A stretch of DNA of 64,000 nucleotides from Alphaproteobacteria bacterium (GCA_041498815.1 JBGQJC010000008.1:4935-68934); one strand, 5' to 3'. Counted from the first letter of the stretch, positions 19,233-29,918 are shown. Notes: generated by a model from the sequence alone, not told the origin. Program-made: numbers and translations.

Positions 19233-19793
19233 TTAGACGGCGATCTTATCCGCGGCTCCGTCCAGCGCCATGAGATAGGCCTCGAGCGGGAGACTTGGGC
19301 TGCGATCCCGGACGAGCTTGGCGAATGAACGCAAGGTCGCGGCATGGGCGGCCGTTTCGTCGCCGGGCGCGGCGACGGCGGCTTCGCCCAGCGCCAGCTT
19401 GTAAGCGCCGCAATCGCGATGATCGATCACGATGAGTTCGTGAACCTTGTGCAATTTGATCGCGATGTCGAGGTGCTCCCAAAAGACGTCGTGCCATGAC
19501 TCGAACTTGTCGCTGACGACGCCCAGCGACGCGCCGGCTAATACGACCTGATCGTATTTCCCTTCCAGTCCCTTTGTTTTCATGAAGGCGGCCATGTGAT
19601 CGATGACCCGGTAGTCCATGCAACTGAGCAGGATCGCCTCCGCTTCGCCGCCGAACGCGAGCCTCGGCGCCCAACAGACGAACAGACCGACGCCGGCGGC
19701 AAGCGTCGCCAGCTTCACGAAGCCGCGGCGGTCGAGTGCTAAAGCCTCGCCGCGCGCCGGGGCCGCGCCAAGAATGTCATGGCAGGATTGCAT
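19233..19793 (-). CDS. Beta-class carbonic anhydrase-like protein with Tat-type signal
   Basis: CMDYR and HRDCG zinc-ligand motifs. DRRGFVK twin-arginine motif followed by a hydrophobic stretch. Confidence 0.75.
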   Translation of the reverse strand: MQSCHDILGAAPARGEALALDRRGFVKLATLAAGVGLFVCWAPRLAFGGEAEAILLSCMDYRVIDHMAAFMKTKGLEGKYDQVVLAGASLGVVSDKFESWHDVFWEHLDIAIKLHKVHELIVIDHRDCGAYKLALGEAAVAAPGDETAAHAATLRSFAKLVRDRSPSLPLEAYLMALDGAADKIAV

Positions 19794-19860
19794 CGGTATC
19801 TCCGGAAAATTACCCGTTCGCACGGTCCCGGCGGTTCGCAAACCGTGACGCGACCGGCGG

Positions 19861-20154
19861 TCAGGCCGGGCGCTGAAAGCGAAAATTGTCGGCATAGCTT
19901 TTGGCGCGGCGCTTGGCCCGGTGCGGTACCTGGACCGTATAGGTAAAGCCCTGGCGGTCGGAATAGGCGATCGCCTCTTCGAGCGTCTCGAAGCTGAGCC
20001 GCACCTGACCGCGGGTGTCGGCGGAGCTGGTCCAGCCGGTCAGCGGGTTTCGCGAGCGCGCCGCCGCCGGCTCGAATTCCAGCAGCCATTTTTCGGTGCG
20101 CGCCTGGCCCGACTGCATCGCCGTCTTGGCCGGCCGGTAAATCCGGACCTTCAT
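19861..20154 (-). CDS. ETC complex I subunit (NDUFS4-like)
   Basis: RIYRPAKTAMQSG, NPLTGWTSSADT, QVRLSFET, KSYADNF. Confidence 0.88.
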   Translation of the reverse strand: MKVRIYRPAKTAMQSGQARTEKWLLEFEPAAARSRNPLTGWTSSADTRGQVRLSFETLEEAIAYSDRQGFTYTVQVPHRAKRRAKSYADNFRFQRPA

Positions 20155-20208
20155 CGCCTCGATTTCCTTGTTGGCCTTTCGCCGATATCGCGCGATTGCG
20201 CCCGAAAC

Positions 20209-20285
<77 letters not shown>

Positions 20286-20459
20286 GTATTTCGGATACGC
20301 TCGCGCGCAAGACTAGGGGCTATCGGAATCCCGCGCAAGAACCGATAGCCGCGCCGTACCCGTCGGTTGCGGGCCATGCCAAGGCGAATGCGCGGCGGCA
20401 AGGGACGGCTGCGGCGCGCACGCGGTATAAGACCGGAAACGCGTTTTGGAGTTGTCCCG

Positions 20460-21119
20460 ATGTCGAGCCGGACCATCCCTCTGGTCGATCCCCTTTACGA
20501 GTACTTCCTCGCCAATTCGCTGCGCGAACCCGAGGTCTTGCGCCGCTTGCGCGCCGAAACCTCGCGCCTGCCCGGGGCCAATATGCAGATCGCCCCGGAA
20601 CAGGGCCAATTCATGAGTTTTCTGGTCGAAATCCTGGGGGCGAAGCGGGCGCTCGAGATCGGCACTTTCACCGGCTACAGCGCGCTGTGCGTCGCCCGCG
20701 CCATGGGCCCGGAGGGGCGCTTGATCGCCTGCGACGTGAGCGACGAGTGGACCGCGATCGCTCGGCGCTATTGGGCCGAGGCCGGCGTTGCGGAGCGCGT
20801 TGAACTGCGCCTCGGCCCCGCCCTTTTGACGCTCGACGCCCTCCGATCCGAGCGGCGCAGCTTTGACTTCGCCTTTATTGACGCCGACAAGACCAGTTAC
20901 GACGCCTATTACGAGGGGGTTTTGGCCCTATTGCGGGTGGGCGGCGTGGTCGCGATCGACAATGTGCTATGGGGCGGACAGGTCGCCGATCCCCGTCAAA
21001 AAGACGAGGATACTCAAGCAATTAGGGCGCTCAACGCCAAGATTTTGAAGGACGAGCGAGTGAGCCTGACGCTGGTTCCCATCGGCGATGGACTGACGCT
21101 GGCGCGAAAAAGGGCGTGA
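20460..21119 (+). CDS. Class I SAM-dependent O-methyltransferase (caffeoyl-CoA OMT-like)
   Basis: MQIAPEQGQF, LEIGTFTGYS, DFAFIDADK, AIDNVLWGG. Confidence 0.88.
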   Translation: MSSRTIPLVDPLYEYFLANSLREPEVLRRLRAETSRLPGANMQIAPEQGQFMSFLVEILGAKRALEIGTFTGYSALCVARAMGPEGRLIACDVSDEWTAIARRYWAEAGVAERVELRLGPALLTLDALRSERRSFDFAFIDADKTSYDAYYEGVLALLRVGGVVAIDNVLWGGQVADPRQKDEDTQAIRALNAKILKDERVSLTLVPIGDGLTLARKRA

Positions 21120-21158
21120 CCCGGGCGCTCGCAGCGCCCACGGCGAATACTTGGAAAA

Positions 21159-21185
21159 TTAAGCGCGGGTTAAACAATTATTAAC
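21159..21185 (+). promoter_or_regulatory. Two overlapping CtrA-type boxes
   Basis: TTAA-gcgcggg-TTAA-acaatta-TTAAC, i.e. TTAA-N7-TTAA-N7-TTAAC. Confidence 0.6.
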
Positions 21186-21247
21186 AAGACAGCCGTAACA
21201 ATTCGGCCATATAAAAGACCCCTGGTCCCGAACGACCGGAGAGGCAA

Positions 21248-21562
21248 ATGTTCCGCCCGGCCCTGGCTTTGGCTCTGGTTTCCGCCTTCGCGCTTTCGGC
21301 TTCCGCGGCCGAGAATGCGGCGCCGGGTCAATCCTGTGCGACCCGCGCCAAAGTGCTTCAGCACTTGTCGCACAAGTATTCGGAGGCGCCGATTGCGATC
21401 GGGCTGGCCGAAAACGGTGGCGTGATTGAAGTCTTGACCTCCGGCCAAGGCGGAACCTGGACCATCATCATCACCATGCCGGACGGCACCAGCTGCATGG
21501 TGGCGGCGGGCGAGGACTGGGAGCAATTGCCCAAGTTCGCCGCCAAGAGCCCCGGCCTCTAA
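21248..21562 (+). CDS. Small secreted hypothetical protein (two Cys, GTWTIIIT motif)
   Basis: GGAGAGG RBS, signal peptide ending ASA, 104 aa. Confidence 0.8.
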   Translation: MFRPALALALVSAFALSASAAENAAPGQSCATRAKVLQHLSHKYSEAPIAIGLAENGGVIEVLTSGQGGTWTIIITMPDGTSCMVAAGEDWEQLPKFAAKSPGL

Positions 21563-21629
21563 GCTTACGCCCGGCGCCGCCGCGATCGCGGCTCCCGCCA
21601 AATCGAAATCCGGATTTGCGGACATCTCC

Positions 21630-22112
21630 TTACCGCGCGAAGGCCTTGTAAATCACCCGGTCTCCGGCCGCGATCCCGAGGCGCGCGGCGGTGCCGCCGG
21701 GAACTTCGAGGATCGCGCGCACCGGCACCGCCGATGAAACGATGTCGGTCGAAAGCGGAACCGTGTTGGCGGCGATGCCGGCGATGCGCCCGTTATTATC
21801 GATGAACAGCATGTCGAGCGGGACAAAAGTGTTCTTCATCCACATCAGCACCGTGGCGTCGCGGTCGTAGAGAAACAGCATGCCCTGGTCCGGATCGAGC
21901 CGGTGCCGGAACATGAGCCCATGGGCGTGTTGCAGCTGCGTCGTTGCGACTTCGATCTCGATTCGGAACGTTTTCTTGGAGGTTGCAATCGTGAGCACAT
22001 CGGCGGGATAGATGACCCGCTCGGCTTCTTCCGCACGCAGCACCGGGGCCGCGAACATTGCGGCAAAGAGGAAAACGGCCGCGGCAATCGAGGGCAACCG
22101 TGCCGCCGTCAT
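21630..22112 (-). CDS. DUF192 family protein
   Basis: GLMFR, GMLF, MWMKNTFVPLDMLFID, LEVPGG. Confidence 0.88.
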   Translation of the reverse strand: MTAARLPSIAAAVFLFAAMFAAPVLRAEEAERVIYPADVLTIATSKKTFRIEIEVATTQLQHAHGLMFRHRLDPDQGMLFLYDRDATVLMWMKNTFVPLDMLFIDNNGRIAGIAANTVPLSTDIVSSAVPVRAILEVPGGTAARLGIAAGDRVIYKAFAR

Positions 22113-23554
22113 GGGAAGAACACGAGGGTCACGATCGCGAACACGGGAATCAGAATAGTCACGGACCACGCCATGTAACCGAAGAAGCTCGGCATCTTGA
22201 GGCCGTGCTCTTCCGCGATCGAGCGAACCATGAAATTGGGCGCGTTGCCGATATAGGTCATGGCACCCATGAACACGGCCCCGGCCGAAATCGCCAGAAG
22301 CGTTTGCGCCAACCCCCCCATGAGATGGTCGGGATCGCCGCTCGCGGTGTTGAAAAACACGAGATAGGTCGGCGCATTATCGAGGAAACTCGAAAGCAGA
22401 CCCGTGGCCCAGAAGTAAAGCGCGTTGACCGGTTGGCCATTCTCGGAGAGCGCCCGCACCAGGAAGCCCAAGGCCCCCCCCTCGCCCGCCCGTAAAATCG
22501 CGATCGCCGGAACGATGGTCACGAAGATGGCGGCGAACAGCTTCGCCACCTCGACGATGGGAAACCAGCTGAAATAGTTGGCGGCGCGGGCTTTAGCCGG
22601 CGTCCAGACGAGCGAAATGCCGGCGATGATCAGCAACAGCACGTCGCGGACCAAATTCTGAAGCGCGATCTCGACGTGATAGACGGTGAAACTCGTTCCC
22701 GGCCGCCAGAACCCGCTCATAAGCACCGCGGCCGCGATCGCGCCCAAGAGAACGATGTTATGGATGCCCTCCAGGCCGAAGTCCGGGGTCGGCGGGTGCG
22801 GGACATGGCCGTCCCTGGCGAAATAGTAACGGTCGATAAAATAAAACAAAGCGAGCACGAGGCCCGCCGTGAGCAAGAACGGCGCCGCCATGTGCCGCGT
22901 CGTCCAGAAGAACGCGACGCCCTTGAGAAACCCGAGAAACAGGGGCGGATCGCCGAGCGGGGTCAGCGAGCCGCCGATATTGGCAACCAGGAAAATGAAG
23001 AACACCACGACGTGAATGCCATGCTTGCGCCCCGCATTCGAATGCAACAGCGGCCGAATCAGGAGCATCGCCGCCCCGGTTGTCCCCATCACGTTCGCCA
23101 ATAAGGTTCCCCCGGCGAGCAAGCCGGTGTTGGTGGCGGGTGACGGCCGGATCCTCCCCGTCAGACGGACGCCGCCGGAAACCGTGTAAAGCGCATACAG
23201 CAGGACGATGAACGGCAGATATTCGAGGACCAGGGTGTGGACGATCTCGAATAGCGCGGCTTCGATTCCGAATATGGCCGCGAACGGGACCAGCAAGGCG
23301 AGCGCCCAGGCGGCCGCGATCTTGCCGTAGTGGCGGTGCCACAGGCCGTGCGCCACGAGCGGCAAGATCGCAATCGACAGCAGAAGCCCGGCGAAGGGAA
23401 TGACCCAGGCAAGCCCCAGCAACGAGCCGTCCAATTGGAACCCGGATTCGGCCACGCCGGATTCGGCCATGCCGCTTTCGGCCGCGAACGCGCCGCCGGC
23501 GCCGGCCAGCAGCACCGCCAGGACCGGAAGCGCGAGCCAGCGGCAGCGGCTCAT
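22109..23554 (-). CDS. Ion-transporter-superfamily membrane protein (putative Na+/H+ antiporter)
   Basis: LTPLGDPPLFLGFLKG, SSFLDNAPTY, GAMTYIGNAPN, many TMs. N-terminal AESG x3 repeat. Confidence 0.8.
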   Translation of the reverse strand: MSRCRWLALPVLAVLLAGAGGAFAAESGMAESGVAESGFQLDGSLLGLAWVIPFAGLLLSIAILPLVAHGLWHRHYGKIAAAWALALLVPFAAIFGIEAALFEIVHTLVLEYLPFIVLLYALYTVSGGVRLTGRIRPSPATNTGLLAGGTLLANVMGTTGAAMLLIRPLLHSNAGRKHGIHVVVFFIFLVANIGGSLTPLGDPPLFLGFLKGVAFFWTTRHMAAPFLLTAGLVLALFYFIDRYYFARDGHVPHPPTPDFGLEGIHNIVLLGAIAAAVLMSGFWRPGTSFTVYHVEIALQNLVRDVLLLIIAGISLVWTPAKARAANYFSWFPIVEVAKLFAAIFVTIVPAIAILRAGEGGALGFLVRALSENGQPVNALYFWATGLLSSFLDNAPTYLVFFNTASGDPDHLMGGLAQTLLAISAGAVFMGAMTYIGNAPNFMVRSIAEEHGLKMPSFFGYMAWSVTILIPVFAIVTLVFFP

Positions 23555-23700
23555 GCCCGGTGGCACCCGATTGCCGTTCGCCGCAGGCGACGGCCGGGTG
23601 CTCTTTGAACTTGCTTCACGATTCCATCCGATCGAGCGCGGCGGAGTATGGCCGACCCCAAAGGCAAATCCAAGATCGCGATGACCGGGAAAGCGGGCAA

Positions 23701-24489
23701 TCAGTTTTCAGGCGTGGACATAACCGGAAACTCGTCGATCCCCTTCTCCATCAGGATCGCCTGAACCAGCTCGAGCGCATGGTACCGGGACATGCCGGCG
23801 GTGAGCCTGGAGTCGAAGAGCAGTTGGACCAGGAGGATGTCCTGGGCGGTGAGCTCGATGTCCGGGCTGTGGTCGTTGAAGACGGACGGGAACACGTCAT
23901 CGGAATCGTTCGGCAGGCCCAACACCTGGGTCAATTCTTCGATCACGCAGGCCTTGAGCCGTCCGCGCGCCATCACCCGGTCGATCGGGATGACGACGAC
24001 CGCCTTGATGATCTCGAAATGCGCGTTGGATTGATACTGGCCGATGCAGAGATTCGTTTGCATCACGGTGCGAATGTCGAAGCTGGGCGGGAAATAGTCG
24101 GCTTTGACGGTATCGAGCATGTTTTCCCGCTCGAAGACCACGTTGGTATTCGCGGCTCCGGGGTCGTCGGTGAGCTCGATGTCGTAGCCCGAGATATCCA
24201 CGAGATGCGCCACGTGGCTTGCGACCGTGTCCCGGATCAGCTTGGGGTCGCCGGTGCGGATATCGAGGTAGATGCGGACCGGCGCCACCCATTTCCGCAG
24301 CTTCTGGTCGACATGACTATCAAACTCGTTGTGGAACACGATGGTGTCGAAGTCGTGCACCAGTTGTTCGCGCGTGAGCTTGATTTCGAGATTGAGCCGG
24401 TCGTGGGCGTCGCCGCCGTTGCCCAGCAGCCAGGCGGCCGCGAGCCCAATCAATATCCCGGGAAGCGAATCCCTAACAGTGCCCAGCAT
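23701..24489 (-). CDS. DUF2927-like exported protein
   Basis: KLRKW..PVRI, CVIEELTQVLGLPND, PSVFND, DILLVQLLFDSRL. Confidence 0.7.
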   Translation of the reverse strand: MLGTVRDSLPGILIGLAAAWLLGNGGDAHDRLNLEIKLTREQLVHDFDTIVFHNEFDSHVDQKLRKWVAPVRIYLDIRTGDPKLIRDTVASHVAHLVDISGYDIELTDDPGAANTNVVFERENMLDTVKADYFPPSFDIRTVMQTNLCIGQYQSNAHFEIIKAVVVIPIDRVMARGRLKACVIEELTQVLGLPNDSDDVFPSVFNDHSPDIELTAQDILLVQLLFDSRLTAGMSRYHALELVQAILMEKGIDEFPVMSTPEN

Positions 24490-24712
24490 GTGGCCCCGCG
24501 ACGCCCGTGTCATGACCGTTAGTTTAGGGGGGGTACTTCGGCCCAGCCAAGGCAAACGTGCATGGGCCGGCTCAAAACCGCGGAAACATTGGAAATTCCG
24601 CGGCGCTTTCCGTGGGTCTGGAATGCTCAAACTAACGCTTTTTTCACGCTTTTGATTTGAAATGAAGGATTGAGCGCCGTGGCGGCGGTCTCGCGCCTTT
24701 AGGGAGCAGAAA

Positions 24713-25432
24713 ATGGCCCAGGGCAAGCCCAGGAAACCCTTCGTCGCCGAACTGATGCGGGCCCAAGGCAAGCTGGCCGATCACACCGGATTCCGGGATG
24801 ACGGGGCCCTTGCCCGGCACGAGGAGGTTATGGCTGCGATCGGCGAACTCAAGACTTTCATCTGCGCGGTCGGCCGCCAGCCGCAGCCGGCGATGCCCGC
24901 CGATGGCCTGCCCGATCCGCTGGTCTTGCGCCGCGAATTGGAAGCGGTGCGGGATTCCATCCTCAATACCAAGAAGGAAATTGCGGCGGTGCGGCATCCG
25001 GGTGCCGATTCCGACCGGCTGGTGGTCGCGACCGACGAGCTCGACGCCGTGGTTGCGGCGACCGAACAGGCCACGCATGTCATCCTGGAATCGGCTGAAA
25101 CTCTCGATGAAATGGCCGCGCGCGTGAAACAGGCGTCGAACGACGCGTTCATTGCCCAGACCGTGGATGAAATGCGCGAGCTGATCGTTAAAGTCTTCGA
25201 AGCCTGCAATTTCCAGGACATCACGGGCCAACGCATCACCAAGGTGGTCACCACGGTCAAATTCATCGAAGATCGTGTCAACGCCATGATCGACATCTGG
25301 GGCAAAGAATCCTTTACCGGAATCGAGGTGCCGAAGCCGGTGGCGACCGACCCAGACCACGACCTTTTGAGCGGGCCGCAGCTCCCCAAAGCCGGCGTTT
25401 CGCAAGCAGACATCGACAAATTATTCGGCTGA
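24713..25432 (+). CDS. cheZ: Alphaproteobacterial CheZ-family phosphatase
   Basis: ELDAVVAATEQAT, FEACNFQDITGQRITKVV, LLSGPQ, VSQADIDKLF. Confidence 0.82.
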   Translation: MAQGKPRKPFVAELMRAQGKLADHTGFRDDGALARHEEVMAAIGELKTFICAVGRQPQPAMPADGLPDPLVLRRELEAVRDSILNTKKEIAAVRHPGADSDRLVVATDELDAVVAATEQATHVILESAETLDEMAARVKQASNDAFIAQTVDEMRELIVKVFEACNFQDITGQRITKVVTTVKFIEDRVNAMIDIWGKESFTGIEVPKPVATDPDHDLLSGPQLPKAGVSQADIDKLFG

Positions 25433-25667
25433 TACAGGGCCTTGGCTACGGCCCGCAATTCGACCTTGCCAGACAGACTAAGTCTTTGCGATAAATGTGA
25501 ATAAAGGTTCAGGGGGATTCGACGGTCCTGATTAAACCGCATCCCAAATCGGAAGTACTGGCGCCAAGCCGCTGCCGGCCATAGGTTTTTGGTCACGGTA
25601 ATAATTCCGAAAGAGACTTTCCGTAAGGTCTCGGGGCCGTTGGAGCACTTACACAGGGGGCACAACA

Positions 25668-26162
25668 ATGAAAAAAAACCGTGTCGCACGCGTGGCGCTC
25701 GTGGTTGCCGCCGCGCAACTCGCCATTGCCAATCCAGTCTGGGCCGGAACCTGCGCCTCGGCGGTTGAGAAGGCCGCTATCGACACGCGGCTCCTGCAAA
25801 ACGAGCTGATGGTCAGGGCCCTCACCTGCGGGGCGAACGCCCAATACAACTCCTTCGTCGAGAAATTCTCGCCGGATCTGGTCGCGGACGGCAAGATGCT
25901 GCGCGGCTATTTCGCCCGGGCCTACGGCAGGGGCGGCGAAAGCGAGCTTAACGGTTTCATCACCCGGATCGCGAACGGCGCCGCCACCCGCCGCATGCAG
26001 CAGGATATGGACAATTACTGCGCTTCGGCACTCAATCTCTTCAACGCGGTGCTGAGCGTGGACAGCACGGGGCTTCGCACCTACGCGGGCCATACGCCCT
26101 TCGCCCAAGAATCCGGCGTCGAGTCCTGCCCGCTCCAGGCCGCCCGCGAGCCCAGCGAATAG
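25668..26162 (+). CDS. Secreted hypothetical protein
   Basis: Signal peptide ending VWA, LQNELMVRALTC, four Cys, followed by a terminator. Confidence 0.75.
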   Translation: MKKNRVARVALVVAAAQLAIANPVWAGTCASAVEKAAIDTRLLQNELMVRALTCGANAQYNSFVEKFSPDLVADGKMLRGYFARAYGRGGESELNGFITRIANGAATRRMQQDMDNYCASALNLFNAVLSVDSTGLRTYAGHTPFAQESGVESCPLQAAREPSE

Positions 26163-26187
26163 ACGCGCATGCCATAAAGGTCTTCGA

Positions 26188-26215
26188 GGGGCGCCTTCGG
26201 GCGCCCCTTTCGTTT
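26188..26215 (+). terminator. Rho-independent terminator
   Basis: GGGGCGCC-TTCG-GGCGCCCC followed by TTTCGTTT. Confidence 0.75.
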
Positions 26216-26329
26216 GGCCTGGTCGTCCCGTTCCTACTCGCTTTGACCGTCTGAGGTGCTGCGCCGCCCGGGGCAGGCCCAGCCGGCAGCCAGCCGGCCG
26301 ACGCGCCATGAGCCCAGAGCGGGATTAGG

Positions 26330-26364
26330 AAAAGAAAAAAGGGCGCCGCATTTCTGCGGCGCCC
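26330..26364 (-). terminator. Rho-independent terminator of the OmpA-family gene
   Basis: GGGCGCCGCA-TTTC-TGCGGCGCCC preceded on the + strand by an A-run. Confidence 0.8.
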
Positions 26365-26391
26365 CGGTTCTCGGTACCCCTTTAGGGGGTT

Positions 26392-27345
26392 CTACTTACC
26401 CATAACGTGGATGACGATCCGAGCGCGACGATTCTGCGGCTCGCGCACCCCATCGGGTGTCGGAACCAGCAGTTCGGTCTCGCCCTTTCCGATCGTCGTG
26501 ACGTTCTTGCCCGCAACGCCCTGTTTGACAAGCTCGGCCTTGACCGCGTCGGCGCGGCGGCGCGAGAGCCTCTGGTTGTAATCGGGCGAGCCCGACGTGT
26601 CGGCGTAGCCCGTCACCTCGACCCGGGCGCTCCCGGACTTCTTGGCGTTGGCCGCGGCCGTGCGCACGATGCCAAGGGCCTCCGGCGTCAGATCCGCCTT
26701 GTTCCAATCGAAGAACACCAGATAGGTGTCAGGCGCACCCGCCATTGCCGGCTGCGGTGGCCCGCCTTGATCCGGCATCAGATTGAACATATGCAGGCGC
26801 TCGGGCATGGCGAGAGGCGGCAGGAACGGCTCGACTTTCGCCATCGCCGCATTGAAGTTGCCCTTGCACGCGGCGACATGGGCGGGTTCCAAGACGCCGC
26901 CCCGGGCGTTCCGTTCCGAAGCCTCTTCCTTCCAGCAATCGAAGGCGACCTGGGCCCTGGCGGTCCAAGTTGGCCGGATTTCCCGTGCCCCGCGATCCAT
27001 GAAGCCCATGAGCCTACCGCGCGCGTCGGTGAGGCCGGCAAGCTCGGACTCGTGCACCGCCTTATGTCCCCCGAGCGGCGTCGAATCCACCTCTTCCGGC
27101 AGAACCGTCGCCCCGCTGTTCGCGGCCTTCCCTTTCTTCGCGTGCAAGTCCGAGGCGAAGTTGTCATCCTCGCCCGATTCGTCCGCGGCGTCCGGCCAAT
27201 ACTCGCTGTAAAGCGCCTGATCGAACGCCGAAACTTGGCTGCTGGCGGCCGGATGAGACCGAATTTCGAAACCATCCGGATGAGCGCAGGCGGCAACGAA
27301 CACCAGCAGCAGCGCACCCAGGAGGATTTTCAGTGACCTGAACAT
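26392..27345 (-). CDS. OmpA-family lipoprotein with N-terminal helical domain
   Basis: Lipobox VAAC. C-terminal VFFDWNKA, VTGYADTSG, NQRLSRRRA, NRRA. Confidence 0.85.
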   Translation of the reverse strand: MFRSLKILLGALLLVFVAACAHPDGFEIRSHPAASSQVSAFDQALYSEYWPDAADESGEDDNFASDLHAKKGKAANSGATVLPEEVDSTPLGGHKAVHESELAGLTDARGRLMGFMDRGAREIRPTWTARAQVAFDCWKEEASERNARGGVLEPAHVAACKGNFNAAMAKVEPFLPPLAMPERLHMFNLMPDQGGPPQPAMAGAPDTYLVFFDWNKADLTPEALGIVRTAAANAKKSGSARVEVTGYADTSGSPDYNQRLSRRRADAVKAELVKQGVAGKNVTTIGKGETELLVPTPDGVREPQNRRARIVIHVMGK

Positions 27346-28085
27346 TTTTTCTAACCCCTGTTTAAAGACCGAGAAACCTTGAATTCGCGCCCCCGGCCAT
27401 CGTTTTAACCTAGCTTAAGGCCGACGACAACGGATAAACACACGGGCACGGCCGCACGTTCCGGCCGTGATTGTGTGCTCTCATTTACGACGGCGATCTT
27501 CATGAGCCCCCAAGAAGATCCCCCGACCCTCGAAGCGACAATGACGGAGCGACTTTACCGAAATAATCGCCAGCACGCCACGCCCGGTGGGCGGTAAATC
27601 GGGACAATATCAGCAGAAAATTGCCATCGGGTGAAGTGAAACTTTGAAATCCTCTGGTGCAAAGAAGCAACAGTGCCGGTCCGCCGCGGAAAACTGCGGA
27701 AAGCCCGCGTCGGATTCCCGGCCCGGACCTTCCCTTGCCACCCGGACCTAGGGTTCGACCGGCCGCCGCCCTCTACCCGCGGATCATCCCACCGTAACAG
27801 CGTAAACGGTTCGTTAATCGCTCCCGTGCTTTGGTGGCGAACCTAACCTTTTGAGTAAGGTGTGGCGGGCGCGCCGAAGTATTCGCGGCCGGTTTTTGCC
27901 CAAGATTATTTGGGTTTCCGCCGCACTGGCCGGAAAGAACGGAAAACACCGGGTATTCCATTTGGATTTCTTCTCATGAATCCCGTATACACCAGCATCA
28001 TTTCTTGTTGCTGCGGGGCATCACTAGGCTCGCGGCGCTCTTTTTCCGCCCTTTGTTTTGGCCGCACGCGGCACGGTTTTGCGCG

Positions 28086-29909
28086 ATGAGCGGGAGCACT
28101 TCCGGAACGTCTCCGAAAACGAATTCCAAGCCGAGCTTGTGGTCGCGCATTGGGCTTCGGGCAAAACTTTTCGCCGTGTTCGGCGCGGTCGCGGCAACCA
28201 CGGTGGTTGCGAGCGGCAATGCCTGGATTTCATACACCGGTCTCGGCCGTACACTCACCGAAGTGACCGCGCGCCGCGTGCCGGCCGTGACCTTGGCGCT
28301 TCGGCTTGACGCCGCAACGGCGAACATGGCCGCGACCGCCGCAAATCTGGCGGCGGCCAAGAGCGATTCCGAGCGCACCGAATCTCTTTCCGCCCTCGAT
28401 GGCGAGCGCGCGCAAGCGCGCACGCTGACCCAGGGACTAGCCGAAATCCTGGGTTCGCCGCAGCCCGTCATAACCGACGCCGCCACCGACCCGGGACGCC
28501 GGGCGCTTGCCGCCATAGAACTTGGAATCGACATCCTTGAGCGCAACCATCATGCCATCGACGATGCGGTCAAGCTGCGCCTGGCGGGATCGCAAGGGCA
28601 AGCCGATGCCGGTGTTTCGGAGCCCAGCGCCCAAGAACTCGCGGCGGATAAAGCCGCCCAGGCCCTGCTGGAAGAGAACCGCAAGGTTTCAGGCAGCCTC
28701 GATCGGGCGATCGGCGAGATCGTCTCGACCGCCCAGTCGGGCGTCGACGCCATCGAAAACGAGGCCGCGGCCGCCATCGAGAACGGAATAATTTTGCTGC
28801 CCGCCATCGCCGCCGTAAGCCTGGGTACGGCGCTTCTTGCCTGGCTGTTCGTCGGCCGCACGATCGTGGGGCGAATCACGGCGCTGGGGACCAGCATGAC
28901 CGAGATCGTCAAAGGCAATTTGAGCGCCCCGATCGAGCGGGAAGGCAATGATGAAATTTCCAAGATGGCGGAGGCCCTGATGTTTTTCCGCGACACCACC
29001 GCCGAGGTCGAGGCCGCCAAGAAGCGTGCCGACGCCGAGCAAACCCGCGCCGCAGAGGAGCGCCGGCGCGACATGATAAAGCTCGCCGACGACTTCGAGC
29101 TGTCGGTCAAGGAAGTGGTGGACCAAGTCGCCGCCTCGGCCACGAAAATGCACACCACCGCGCGGTCCATGTCCGGCGTTGCCGAAGAAACCAAGCGGCG
29201 CTCCGGGATCGTCGCCACCGCATCCGGCCAGGCCACGCAAAACGTCGAAACGGTGGCGGTCGCCGCCGAGGAACTGGCGGCCTCGATCGGCGAGATCGGC
29301 CGGCAAGCGGCGCAATCCTCCGGCATTTCGAGCGCGGCGGTCCATGAGGCCGAGCGGGCGAATGCCGCCATGTCGGGCTTGGCCGAGCGGGTGGCGCGAA
29401 TCGGCGAGGTCGTGCGACTCATCAATGACATCGCGAGCCTGACGAATCTCCTCGCCCTCAACGCCACGATCGAGGCCGCCCGCGCCGGCGAGGCGGGCAA
29501 GGGATTCGCCGTGGTGGCGAGCGAGGTCAAGGAGCTTGCGACCCAGACCGCCAAGGCGACCGAGGACATCACGGCCCAGATCGCGGCCATCCAAGAAGCC
29601 TCGCAAGGCGCCGTCGAGGTCATCACGAGCATCACCGCGACCATCGCCAAAATCAACGGCATCGCCGGCGGGATTGCCGCCGCGGTCGAGGAGCAGACGG
29701 CGGCAACCGGCAACATCGCGCGCAACGTTCACCAGGCCGCCGAGGGCACCCAGCAGGTGTCCGCCAATATCGGCGGCGTAACCGAAGCCGCGAGCGAAAC
29801 CGGGCGCTCCGCCCAATCGGTCCTGGCGGCGGCGGACGAACTGTCGCAGCAGTCCGGCATGCTGCGCGTCCAGGTCAACACCTTCATCGCGGAAATCCGG
29901 GCAGGTTGA
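28086..29909 (+). CDS. Methyl-accepting chemotaxis protein (2 TM, HAMP, MA domain)
   Basis: [48 protein letters not shown]. Confidence 0.92.
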   Translation: MSGSTSGTSPKTNSKPSLWSRIGLRAKLFAVFGAVAATTVVASGNAWISYTGLGRTLTEVTARRVPAVTLALRLDAATANMAATAANLAAAKSDSERTESLSALDGERAQARTLTQGLAEILGSPQPVITDAATDPGRRALAAIELGIDILERNHHAIDDAVKLRLAGSQGQADAGVSEPSAQELAADKAAQALLEENRKVSGSLDRAIGEIVSTAQSGVDAIENEAAAAIENGIILLPAIAAVSLGTALLAWLFVGRTIVGRITALGTSMTEIVKGNLSAPIEREGNDEISKMAEALMFFRDTTAEVEAAKKRADAEQTRAAEERRRDMIKLADDFELSVKEVVDQVAASATKMHTTARSMSGVAEETKRRSGIVATASGQATQNVETVAVAAEELAASIGEIGRQAAQSSGISSAAVHEAERANAAMSGLAERVARIGEVVRLINDIASLTNLLALNATIEAARAGEAGKGFAVVASEVKELATQTAKATEDITAQIAAIQEASQGAVEVITSITATIAKINGIAGGIAAAVEEQTAATGNIARNVHQAAEGTQQVSANIGGVTEAASETGRSAQSVLAAADELSQQSGMLRVQVNTFIAEIRAG

Positions 29910-29918
29910 GCCCGCGGC

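Noticed and set aside
27405-27418. TTAA-N6-TTAA upstream of the ompA-like gene as a CtrA box
   Set aside because: The spacer is 6 nt rather than 7.
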